Source: Mesoflavibacter sp. (GTDB lineage: Bacteria; Bacteroidota; Bacteroidia; Flavobacteriales; Flavobacteriaceae). Taken from it: a DNA stretch of 64,000 nucleotides. This document shows positions 19,234 to 28,191 of the stretch, one piece after another (the stretch's first letter is position 1; each line of letters opens with the position of its first letter). The translations under genes and the position numbers were made by a program. The notes under the pieces were generated by a model. It had not been told where the DNA came from and did not search any database. It was given only the letters and a program-made list of their open reading frames with translations. The stretch lies in NCBI GenBank assembly GCA_034110465.1, contig JAWUZD010000012.1, positions 80,017 to 144,016 of the forward strand, given 5' to 3'.

Positions 19234-21384
19234 ATGAAATATTTGAAAATTTTAATTCTCTTAGTTGTAAGTCAAACTTTTGCGCAACAAGGCGGAATGT
19301 GGATTCCTTCTTTATTGGAAGGTATGAACGAAACTGAAATGACTGCTTTAGGAAGCAAAATGACAGCTAAAGACATTTACGATGTTAACAATTCTAGCCT
19401 TAAAGATGCTATTGTACATTTTAATGGTGGCTGTACTGCCGAGATTATCTCGGACAAAGGTCTGTTATTAACTAATCATCATTGTGGTTATGGTGAAATC
19501 CAGTCGCATTCGTCACTTGAAAACGATTATTTAAAAGATGGTTTTTGGGCAATGTCTTTAGACGAAGAGTTACCTAACAAAGATTTATATGTAGAGTTTA
19601 TTGTTAGAATAGAAGATGTAACCACTAAAGTTTTTGAAGGTGTTTTAGATACTATGACTGAAGAAGAAAAGCAATCTCTTATAACAAAAAATAGTAACGC
19701 TTTACAAAAAGTAGTAACTAAAGAAACTTGGCAAGACACCAAAGTAAAATCATTTTACAACGGAAATCAATTTTTCTTATTTGTTACAGAACGTTATAAT
19801 GATATAAGATTAGTTGGTGCGCCACCAACAAGTATTGGTAAATTTGGAAGTGACACAGATAATTGGGTTTTTCCAAGACATACTGGAGATTTTTCTATGT
19901 TTAGAATTTATGCAGATAAAAACAATAGACCTGCAGAATACAGTAAAGACAATGTACCATTTACACCAAAACATCATTTACCAATTTCTTTAGATGGTAT
20001 TGAAGAAGGTGATTTTACTATGATTTTTGGATTTCCTGGCAGAACAGACGAATATTTACCTGCAGCAGCAATTGAGCATATTACTAAAGAATATAACCCT
20101 ACAAATATTGCTATTAGAGAAGCTGCTTTAAAGGTTATTGATGCTAATATGAAATCGAGTGATGATGTTCGTATTAAATATTCTTCTAAACAAGCAAGAA
20201 TTGCAAATGCTTGGAAAAAATGGATTGGAGAAAATTTAGGAATCCAAAAAAGTAATGCCATTGCAGAACGTAAAGCTTTTGAAGCTAAGTTTACTAAAGC
20301 TTTAAAAGAAAAAGGATTAGAAGAAAAGTACGGTGCAATTTTACCAGAATTCGACAAACTTTATAAAGATTTTGGACCTATAAATATTAAACGTAGAAAC
20401 TTTATTGAAGTATTTTTAGTGACTAATGAATTAATGCAAATGACATTTAGAGCTTACCAATTTGAACAAACTGTTGCTGCACAACCAGAAGCATTTGATA
20501 AAGCTAAAGCAAGTTTAGAAAATACATTAAAAGGGATTCATAAAAACTATGATGTTACTGTAGATAAAGGTGTTTTTGAAAACGTTATGCCATTTTATCA
20601 GCCAAACAATGTAGATTCTACTATTTATAAAACCTCTGCATTTACAACTTTAGATAGTGCTTTAAAATTATTAAATGGTTCTAAAGAAGACATTATTAAA
20701 GCGTTAAATAACGATACAGCTTATGCTTATGCAAAACCAATGATTTCTGAGTTCTATAATAGTATAAACGCGGAATACATTGCCAAAAACACTCCAATTA
20801 CTGCTTTACAAAAAAAGTATATGACAGCATTAATGGAAGCTTTACCTAACGCACGCTATTTTCCAGATGCAAATAGCACATTACGTGTTACCTACGGACA
20901 AGTAAGAGGTTACTCGCCTAGAGATGCGGTTTATTACCAACCTGTAAGTTATTTAGATGGCGTTATTGAAAAATATGTACCAGGAGATTATGAATTTGAT
21001 GTACCACAAAAATTACGTGATTTATACGATGCTAAAGATTACGGAGATTATGCAGATAAAAATGGAAAAGTACCTGTTTGTTTTTTAGGAACTAATCATA
21101 CTACTGGAGGAAATTCTGGAAGTCCTGCAATAGATGCTAACGGAAATTTAGTTGGTTTAAATTTTGACAGAGTTTGGGAAGGAACTATGAGCGATATGAA
21201 CTACGATCCTGAAATTTGCCGTAACATTATGGTAGACGCAAGATATGTACTTTTTATTGTAGATAAATATGCTGGAGCAACACATTTAATAGATGAAATG
21301 ACTTTAGTACATCCAAAAAAAGAGGTGAAAAAAGAAGCTCCAAAATCTAAGTCCAAAAAGAGAAATAAAAAACGTAAGAGATAA
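19234..21384 (+). CDS. S46 family dipeptidyl-peptidase (DPP7/DPP11-like)
   Basis: The track ORF starts at 19207. I prefer ATG 19234 (MKYLKILILLVVSQTFAQQGGMW). Catalytic His context is LLLTNHHCGY and catalytic Ser context is TTGGNSGSPAIDANGNLVGLNFD. It ends in an unusual K/R tail. Confidence 0.85.
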   Translation: MKYLKILILLVVSQTFAQQGGMWIPSLLEGMNETEMTALGSKMTAKDIYDVNNSSLKDAIVHFNGGCTAEIISDKGLLLTNHHCGYGEIQSHSSLENDYLKDGFWAMSLDEELPNKDLYVEFIVRIEDVTTKVFEGVLDTMTEEEKQSLITKNSNALQKVVTKETWQDTKVKSFYNGNQFFLFVTERYNDIRLVGAPPTSIGKFGSDTDNWVFPRHTGDFSMFRIYADKNNRPAEYSKDNVPFTPKHHLPISLDGIEEGDFTMIFGFPGRTDEYLPAAAIEHITKEYNPTNIAIREAALKVIDANMKSSDDVRIKYSSKQARIANAWKKWIGENLGIQKSNAIAERKAFEAKFTKALKEKGLEEKYGAILPEFDKLYKDFGPINIKRRNFIEVFLVTNELMQMTFRAYQFEQTVAAQPEAFDKAKASLENTLKGIHKNYDVTVDKGVFENVMPFYQPNNVDSTIYKTSAFTTLDSALKLLNGSKEDIIKALNNDTAYAYAKPMISEFYNSINAEYIAKNTPITALQKKYMTALMEALPNARYFPDANSTLRVTYGQVRGYSPRDAVYYQPVSYLDGVIEKYVPGDYEFDVPQKLRDLYDAKDYGDYADKNGKVPVCFLGTNHTTGGNSGSPAIDANGNLVGLNFDRVWEGTMSDMNYDPEICRNIMVDARYVLFIVDKYAGATHLIDEMTLVHPKKEVKKEAPKSKSKKRNKKRKR

Positions 21385-21404
21385 CCTTACTATTTAGTGA
21401 AAAT

Positions 21405-21441
21405 AAAAAAGCATCAAGTTCTATAGAGTTTGATGCTTTTT
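21405..21441. terminator. hairpin terminator between the S46 peptidase (+) and the MutS-related gene (-)
   Basis: AAAAAGCATCAA-11 nt-TTGATGCTTTTT. Confidence 0.7.
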
Positions 21442-21462
21442 CTATTTAAAATTAGAGCAAAA

Positions 21463-23232
21463 CTATACAATTTCCATTTTCTTTAATAAGAAACTGGCGT
21501 TCATATTTTGACAAATCCCTACTTTAAATTTATAATCAAAAGACAACACATCGTTTTCTATAAATGCGTCAAAATAATAATTTTTTACTTCAGGTAGTTC
21601 TGCTGAAATTTCACATAAACTTAAATCGTGTGTTGCAATAATTCCATTGGCGTTACTGGCAACTAGTTTTTGCACAAACTTTTTAGAGCCTTCTGCTTTA
21701 TCTTTACTGTTAGTTCCTTTTAGTATTTCATCTAGAATAATAAAATAGCTTTCATTTTTAATAGCATCTACTATAAATTTTAAACGTGTTAATTCGCTAA
21801 AAAAGTAAGAGCTATCATCTGTTAAATTATCTGTTGTACGCATACTTGTAATCAGTTTTGTAGGCGCATAAGTACTTTCTTTTGCACAAACTGGCAAACC
21901 AACGTTAGCCATTACAATATGTAAAGAAATGGTTCTCAGAAACGTACTTTTTCCGGCCATATTTGCACCTGTAACAATAAAAAACTGATTGTTTTTAATT
22001 AAAACATCACTACAAACTCTTTTGTCTTTTTTTAATAATGGATGACCTAAATCTTTAGCTTTAATCGCATTATTTTGATTTAATATATTTGGAAACACTA
22101 AATCTTGATTATTAAAAACATATGTTCCAAAACTTTGGTAAGCATCAAAAAAAGAAATAACACTAAACCAGTTCTCAACAATGTTTCTGTGTTGTTTAAT
22201 CCATTTTTCTATTAAAAAAGCATTTTTAATATCTAATAGAAAATACCCATTTCCAAAAATGGCACCAATTAAATTATTTCGATTATCTAAAGCATCTAAA
22301 TGTTTTGAGAACTGCTTAAAAATAGCTGAAGCTTTTTTTTCTTCAGAATTAATTAAAGCTTGCTGTTCTATTAATTTTTTTGAAGTAAATGTTTGATTTT
22401 CTATAGCATCTAAAAGCGTTGCGTACTGCTTAAATGTGTCTTTTATTTTAGAGGTATGTTCTGATAACGATGATATTTTCTTAAAAAAACAACCAGATAA
22501 TCCTAAACCAACTAGCAACCAATAACCAAAATAAGCTGCTGGCAAAATTTTAAAAATTGTTAAAGCTAAAAGCGCTAATGAAACAATTGAGAATCCATAA
22601 GCTAAACCAACACTATATTTTGGTAAAAAAGGCTTATAAGCTGTCATCCATTTTAAAACTGTAGGAATTTTAGCTTCGGTTTTTATTAGGCTTGCTGTAG
22701 CTTGATAGTGTTGTCTAAATTTAGTTTTGTCTGCTAATTCTTTAATAGCATCTTGACGTGTTTCTATATTAGAAACCTGATTAGCTTTAAGTAATTCTGC
22801 TAGGTATATTTTACCTTCTAGTGTTTGTGTTCTATCTAAATTTTGAAAAAAAGACCCTTTACCAAATAAATCTATATCTAAACAATAGGCGTGATTAGAA
22901 TCTTGAAATTCTAAACCTTGTTCTTTATAGAAGAAATCTCCCGTTGCTTGTTTTATTTCGTCTTTATTAATAGCAATTAATGCTTTATGGTAATCTCTTA
23001 CTGCTTTTAAGCTTGTATATTTATGTAGTAAATATAAAAATACAATTAAACCTATACAGCCAATTATTAAAGCTATTGTGGTTGTTCTATAAGTAAAGTA
23101 TAATCCTAAACCAGTGGCTAAAAAGACAACTAATCGTGTAAAACTAAGAACTAAAAGCTCTTTTTTGTTTTTAGATAATTGAACTTTTAATTCTGTTAAT
23201 GTATCTTGGTAATAGGTTAATGATTTAGACAT
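21463..23232 (-). CDS. MutS-related ATPase (MutS domain V only) with N-terminal membrane segments
   Basis: 589 aa with hydrophobic helices near residues 25-75 and 205-250. The C-terminal MutS ABC-ATPase domain has Walker A (TGANMAGKSTFLR), a signature/Walker B region (SYFIILDEILKGTN) and THD. Confidence 0.75.
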   Translation of the reverse strand: MSKSLTYYQDTLTELKVQLSKNKKELLVLSFTRLVVFLATGLGLYFTYRTTTIALIIGCIGLIVFLYLLHKYTSLKAVRDYHKALIAINKDEIKQATGDFFYKEQGLEFQDSNHAYCLDIDLFGKGSFFQNLDRTQTLEGKIYLAELLKANQVSNIETRQDAIKELADKTKFRQHYQATASLIKTEAKIPTVLKWMTAYKPFLPKYSVGLAYGFSIVSLALLALTIFKILPAAYFGYWLLVGLGLSGCFFKKISSLSEHTSKIKDTFKQYATLLDAIENQTFTSKKLIEQQALINSEEKKASAIFKQFSKHLDALDNRNNLIGAIFGNGYFLLDIKNAFLIEKWIKQHRNIVENWFSVISFFDAYQSFGTYVFNNQDLVFPNILNQNNAIKAKDLGHPLLKKDKRVCSDVLIKNNQFFIVTGANMAGKSTFLRTISLHIVMANVGLPVCAKESTYAPTKLITSMRTTDNLTDDSSYFFSELTRLKFIVDAIKNESYFIILDEILKGTNSKDKAEGSKKFVQKLVASNANGIIATHDLSLCEISAELPEVKNYYFDAFIENDVLSFDYKFKVGICQNMNASFLLKKMEIV

Positions 23233-23267
23233 GTAAAATGAAGAAGGGTTTGAAATTAATTAAGCGT

Positions 23268-24209
23268 TTAAAGTTGATCAATTTCTTTGAAAATATTGAA
23301 TACGGTTTGTACTGCATTTTTGAAAAATAACTGATCTATTTTATCAAAATCGTCTGTTGGTTTATGATAATCTTCGTGATCTGCTACACCAAAATAAATA
23401 AATGGAATGTCTGCTTTAAAAAACTCTGCGTGATCACTAGAATATATCCAATTCTCTGTTCCATCAATTCCCTCGTGAGAACGAATTAATTTCACCTCAC
23501 CAATTTGCTTATGGTTTGACACAATGTTTTTAAAAGCGTCGTTATATCTTGTTCCAACCGCAAACAATTCATTATCATCACTTCTACTAATCATATCCAT
23601 ATTAAGGTTTACAATTATGTTTTGCTTTGGTAAAATTAAATTATTTACAAAATATTTAGCGCCTTGTAATCCTAATTCTTCACCATCAAAAGCTGCTAAA
23701 ATAACATTGTTTTTTGGTGGATTAGTTTTAAAATATTCTGCAAAAGCTAGTAATGCAGATGTTCCAGATGCATTATCGTCTGCGCCATTATAAATTTTAC
23801 CGCTCTTTACACCTTCATGATCGTAATGTGCAGAAATTACAATAGTCTTTTTACTTAAAGAAGTTCCTTTTATAAATCCAATCACATTTGTTGCTTTGTA
23901 TTCTTTACCTCTTGCTACAAAAGTAAATGGTTGCTCGAAAGACTCAAAAAGTGGTAACACGTTCTGTTTTGTAAATGCTTTTATTAGGTAGTTTTTCGTT
24001 TTTATAGCTCCAGCTGTTCCGGTTCTTCTTCCGGTAAAACTATCGTCCGATAAGGTTTTAATATAAGATATAAGATTCACAGAGTTAAAATTATATTTTA
24101 CATCTGGTGATTCTATACTTTGTTCTTGTGTGTTTATATTGGAGGTGTTTTTAGTTGCTCCGCAAGACATTAAAAGTACGAATCCTAAAACACCTATATA
24201 GATTTTCAT
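23268..24209 (-). CDS. M28 family metallopeptidase (lipoprotein)
   Basis: 313 aa with lipobox LLMSCGAT. Zn-ligand contexts are SAHYDHEG, GADDNASGTSALL, FDGEELGLQGAKYF, NLNMDMI and SDHAEF. Confidence 0.85.
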   Translation of the reverse strand: MKIYIGVLGFVLLMSCGATKNTSNINTQEQSIESPDVKYNFNSVNLISYIKTLSDDSFTGRRTGTAGAIKTKNYLIKAFTKQNVLPLFESFEQPFTFVARGKEYKATNVIGFIKGTSLSKKTIVISAHYDHEGVKSGKIYNGADDNASGTSALLAFAEYFKTNPPKNNVILAAFDGEELGLQGAKYFVNNLILPKQNIIVNLNMDMISRSDDNELFAVGTRYNDAFKNIVSNHKQIGEVKLIRSHEGIDGTENWIYSSDHAEFFKADIPFIYFGVADHEDYHKPTDDFDKIDQLFFKNAVQTVFNIFKEIDQL

Positions 24210-24216
24210 AATTTGA

Positions 24217-26229
24217 TTATTTTTTGATAAATTTCTTTTGATATAAACGCTGTTCTTTTTGAAACGACAAAATATATGTCCCTAATTGTAAAGCTCTTAT
24301 GTCGACCTTGTTTTCAACTGTTTTAAAATTAAAAATGCGTTGACCATTTATATTATGAATTAGCAGTTTTCCTTCTTGTAAATCTATGTTTTTAAAATAA
24401 ATGTAATCTTTGGAAGGGTTTGGATAAATCAATATATCTTCAGATAAAAAATCATTTATACTTAAGGTTTGTCCTTCAGTTACATTGATTGTTGCATTGA
24501 TTGTTGGGTTGTTAATAACATCTACTATACCAGAAGGCCAATTTATAGTTATCTGAGTTATTGATGTATCTGAACCTAAACCAAAATGAGCTGTTAAAGA
24601 ACTCATATGTCTAAATCCGTCTCCGGATCTAACATCTCTTATTTGAGTTCCAAGTGCACTTACAATTTCAATTCTTGTTCCAATACCATTTAAATTACTT
24701 CCTGTTGGATTACTAATATCTCCAATTGTATTTATTTTAATCCAATTGTTAGAATTCCCTTCATTTCTATACCAATTACCATTTGAATTAAAAACATCTA
24801 AAAAACCATCGTTATTTAAATCTCCAACAGCTCCAACAGAAAACCCTACTGTTGTTTCTGTAAAAGTTAAATCCTGATTATTAATTAGCATTTTATTTCC
24901 TGCTGAAAAAACATCTAAATAGCCATCATTATTAAAGTCATGAGTTATATGTTCTATTCCTGTATCTAAAAATGTATCTATTCCTGTACCAGCAGTAATA
25001 TCAGTAAAAGTCCCATCTTGATTATTATGCATCAATTTATGAGAACCATCTATAAAAGAACTTGCTCCAACAAAAACATCCATCCAACCATCATTATCAT
25101 AATCTCCCCATGCTGATGACCAAGTTTGAATTGGATCATATAAGCCAGAGGCTACACTTACATCTGTATAGTTTCCATTTCCGTCATTCTGAAATAATTC
25201 ATTAAATCTTGCAGATGCTGCTGCTCCACCACCATTACATTTAGATATAAACAAATCTATATCACCATCGTTATCATAATCTGTCCATAGAGAAGCATAA
25301 TTTCCACCACTTGGAGCATCTCCTAAACCGCCTTGATTATGTGTTAAATTTCCAGAACCATCATTTAAATAAAATTGGTTAGGACCAACATCATGACAAA
25401 CAAAAGCATCTAAATCTCCGTCGTTATTAATATCTACAAAATTTGTTCTTTGTGAAAAAACATATTCTGGGCCAGAAACTTCTAAATAACCTGTTCCGTC
25501 TCCATTTGCTTTCATGAAAGTGACTCCACTACCAGATCCATACATTAAATCATTATATCCATCATCATTAATATCTCCTGCCGCTATACTCCAGCTTGGT
25601 AAATAATCTGCATTATCTGTTGTATAATTTTCAATTGTAAAAACGCCTGAAGGTTGTTGATAGTTAATATTTATATTCGTTGCACTTACAGCTACAATAT
25701 CATCTAAATAATCACCATTCATATCTACAACACAATTTCTATAACTTCCTGTAGATGTTATTGGTGTTGTAATAAATGAAACCAATGGCGGTACATAGAC
25801 AGCTTCAGTTAATTGAAAATCAAACCCGTTAGATTCCCATCTATTATCAAAAGCTACATAATAAGTTACCCCACTTAAAGCGTTAAAGGTTGCTGTAGAT
25901 AAAAATCCTGCTCCAGAATCATCATCTCCAGAATGACAAACTAATGAGCCACAAGAACCTTTATACACATGAAATCTTGTGTCTTGACTTGTATTTATAG
26001 GTAAATCTGTAGTAATTGTAACTGTATAATTATTTGTTGGTGTATAAGTATACCATTCTGCAGCGGTTGCATTTCCTGTTCCTGAACAAACTAGCATTAC
26101 GCCATCTGTACCATCTATAGTTGCAACTGTGGTAATTCCTGACGAGACTGCAACTGCTGTGTTACATGTGTTTTGTGCTTCTACTATTAAACCAAATAGT
26201 AAAATAATTATTAATGTAATTTTTTTCAT
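24217..26229 (-). CDS. FG-GAP/VCBS 7-bladed beta-propeller protein (CRTAC1/ASPIC-UnbV-like) with T9SS C-terminal sorting domain
   Basis: 670 aa with a signal peptide. There are seven Ca-binding FG-GAP-type loops: DMNGDYLDD, DINDDGYND, DINNDGDLD, DYDNDGDID, DYDNDGWMD, DFNNDGYLD, DLNNDGFLD. An UnbV/ASPIC-like segment follows (GIGTRIEI...RDVRSGDGF.HMSS...HFGLG). The C-terminal ~75 aa (IYPNPSKDYIYF...GTYILSF) is a T9SS CTD. Confidence 0.75.
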   Translation of the reverse strand: MKKITLIIILLFGLIVEAQNTCNTAVAVSSGITTVATIDGTDGVMLVCSGTGNATAAEWYTYTPTNNYTVTITTDLPINTSQDTRFHVYKGSCGSLVCHSGDDDSGAGFLSTATFNALSGVTYYVAFDNRWESNGFDFQLTEAVYVPPLVSFITTPITSTGSYRNCVVDMNGDYLDDIVAVSATNININYQQPSGVFTIENYTTDNADYLPSWSIAAGDINDDGYNDLMYGSGSGVTFMKANGDGTGYLEVSGPEYVFSQRTNFVDINNDGDLDAFVCHDVGPNQFYLNDGSGNLTHNQGGLGDAPSGGNYASLWTDYDNDGDIDLFISKCNGGGAAASARFNELFQNDGNGNYTDVSVASGLYDPIQTWSSAWGDYDNDGWMDVFVGASSFIDGSHKLMHNNQDGTFTDITAGTGIDTFLDTGIEHITHDFNNDGYLDVFSAGNKMLINNQDLTFTETTVGFSVGAVGDLNNDGFLDVFNSNGNWYRNEGNSNNWIKINTIGDISNPTGSNLNGIGTRIEIVSALGTQIRDVRSGDGFRHMSSLTAHFGLGSDTSITQITINWPSGIVDVINNPTINATINVTEGQTLSINDFLSEDILIYPNPSKDYIYFKNIDLQEGKLLIHNINGQRIFNFKTVENKVDIRALQLGTYILSFQKEQRLYQKKFIKK

Positions 26230-26249
26230 AGTTTAATAAGTGTTAATTA

Positions 26250-27341
26250 TTAATTACAAACTTGAGTTAATTCATCAATCCAATCATTGATTAAAGTAAC
26301 AGCTTTATCATCTACTAAATTTCTACCTATTAAAGGCATTCTTGTACTTTCATTTATGGAATTCATTCTAAAAGACATTACAGATCTTTCTGGTCTTCCA
26401 GGAGAAACCACATGTGTTAATGTACTATTAATATCTTCATCTGGAATTACACAAATTCCAATGTTATCTTCTGAAGTTTCTGTATCTTTAAATGATAACC
26501 TAATAGGTCTATAAGAACAATGTGTATTGTCCGAATGGCAATGTGCACAGTTTATATCTAAATAAGATCTTGCTCTTAATTCTAATGGTTGACTTAGGTC
26601 TTTCCAATCTATAACAGAATTAACTGAGCTTAGGTCCGTATTATTTAAATAACCTTCTTGAATTAATTTTTGTAATTGATTTACTGTTCCAGAAGAATAA
26701 CTATATGTAGAATTTAAATTTTGTGGCTTTACACCAATTGGTGTTGATATGTTACTTTTTTTATGGCAAGTTAAACACTCAGATTCTGAAGGAATTCTGT
26801 AATTATTTGATTTAGCAACTCCTTCTTCTAACCACTCTATGTTTATATTACTACCTGAGTTATCTAAGAATGCTTCAGTTTGACTGCTATTCCAAACATA
26901 CTCTGAAAAAATCCAGCCAGTTGTTTTTTTAATAAGTAGTCTTGTTTCTATTATTTGTGTAGAATTTGTTGGCAAAACATTATCGTAATAAAATGTTTTA
27001 ACAATAATAGTACCTACAGGGAAATCTAAAACTTCAAAATCCGAAATATAATTTGCCGAAACATTATCTGGCATCCATATAAAATGCTTCTTTTTGGCAT
27101 AATCTGTAAATAAAGAAGAAATAGGTTGATATGGTATTACTCCTAAAACAGGAGATTGATTTTTTAAACCTCCATCAAACATATTATAATCTGAAAGCTT
27201 AGTATAGGGAAAAGCTTCTAAGTCATAATTCACAGGAGACTCAGCTGGCACATAAAGTTCTTCATTATCATTTTCAGAACATGAAAACAAAAACAAAAAA
27301 ATAAAAAGAGTACTTAGAAATTTGGTTGGTTTTATTTGCAT
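26250..27341 (-). CDS. di-haem c-type cytochrome-like lipoprotein (two CxxCH motifs)
   Basis: 363 aa with lipobox LFLFSCSEN. CLTCH is encoded at 26763-26777 and CAHCH at 26535-26549. A possible distal Met lies in STRMPLIGR. Size and motif spacing remind me of the 'SO_2930/HNE_0200' di-haem family; this is recalled, not verified. Confidence 0.55.
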   Translation of the reverse strand: MQIKPTKFLSTLFIFLFLFSCSENDNEELYVPAESPVNYDLEAFPYTKLSDYNMFDGGLKNQSPVLGVIPYQPISSLFTDYAKKKHFIWMPDNVSANYISDFEVLDFPVGTIIVKTFYYDNVLPTNSTQIIETRLLIKKTTGWIFSEYVWNSSQTEAFLDNSGSNINIEWLEEGVAKSNNYRIPSESECLTCHKKSNISTPIGVKPQNLNSTYSYSSGTVNQLQKLIQEGYLNNTDLSSVNSVIDWKDLSQPLELRARSYLDINCAHCHSDNTHCSYRPIRLSFKDTETSEDNIGICVIPDEDINSTLTHVVSPGRPERSVMSFRMNSINESTRMPLIGRNLVDDKAVTLINDWIDELTQVCN

Positions 27342-27384
27342 AATTTAATCTTTAAACTTCTAACAATATACATTTTTTATAATA

Positions 27385-27417
27385 AAAAAGCCAAGCATAA
27401 TATGCTTGGCTTTTTTT
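27385..27417. terminator. hairpin terminator ending the sdhCAB operon
   Basis: AAAAAGCCAAGCATA-ATATGCTTGGCTTTTTTT palindrome, 20 nt downstream of the sdhB stop (minus strand), with A/T runs on both sides. Confidence 0.8.
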
Positions 27418-27436
27418 ATTTTAAATAAAATGTTTT

Positions 27437-28183
27437 TTATCCTTTTAAAGATGCTGATAAATATTCGCGATTCATACGAGCAATATTCTCTAAAGAAATT
27501 CCTTTAGGGCATTCAACTTCACAAGCTCCTGTATTAGTACAATTTCCAAATCCTTCATCATCCATTTGCTTCACCATATTTAAAACACGGTCTGTAGCTT
27601 CTACTTTTCCTTGAGGCAACAAGGCAAACTGAGAGACTTTAGCACCGACAAATAACATTGCCGAAGAGTTTTTACAACTTGCAACACAAGCACCACAACC
27701 AATACATGTTGCTGCACTAAATGCATCATCTGCATCTTTTTTATTTATTGGAATTGCATTTGCATCAATTGTGTTTCCAGAGGTATTTACCGAAATAAAT
27801 CCACCTGAATGCTGAATACGATCAAAAGCGGTTCTGTCTACAACTAAATCTTTTATTACAGGAAACGCTTTTGCTCTAAATGGCTCTATAAAAATAGTAT
27901 CGCCATCTTTAAACATACGCATATGTAACTGACACGTTGTAACACCTCTATCTGGTCCGTGCGCTTCTCCGTTTATATATAAAGAACAAGATCCACAGAT
28001 TCCTTCACGACAATCGTGATCGAAAGCAACCGGCTCATCTCCTTTTTCAATTAACTCGTTATTTAAGACGTCTAACATTTCAAGAAAAGACATATCTGGA
28101 GAAATATCGTTGATTTTATAATCAACCATTTTCCCTTTATCGTTAGCGTCTGTTTGACGCCATATTTTTAACGTTAAATTCAT
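27437..28183 (-). CDS. sdhB: succinate dehydrogenase/fumarate reductase iron-sulfur subunit
   Basis: 248 aa. 2Fe-2S motif CREGICGSC.....G.......C, 4Fe-4S motif [11 protein letters not shown] and 3Fe-4S motif [12 protein letters not shown]. Confidence 0.93.
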   Translation of the reverse strand: MNLTLKIWRQTDANDKGKMVDYKINDISPDMSFLEMLDVLNNELIEKGDEPVAFDHDCREGICGSCSLYINGEAHGPDRGVTTCQLHMRMFKDGDTIFIEPFRAKAFPVIKDLVVDRTAFDRIQHSGGFISVNTSGNTIDANAIPINKKDADDAFSAATCIGCGACVASCKNSSAMLFVGAKVSQFALLPQGKVEATDRVLNMVKQMDDEGFGNCTNTGACEVECPKGISLENIARMNREYLSASLKG

Positions 28184-28191
28184 AGCTTTTC

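Noticed and set aside
21463-24209. MutS-related ATPase next to the M28 peptidase as a possible defence-like ATPase/peptidase pair.
   Set aside because: The membrane-associated MutS domain-V proteins are common housekeeping paralogues in Bacteroidota. The gap to the peptidase is 35 nt with no shared unusual features. The peptidase is more tightly linked (7 nt) to the upstream propeller gene.
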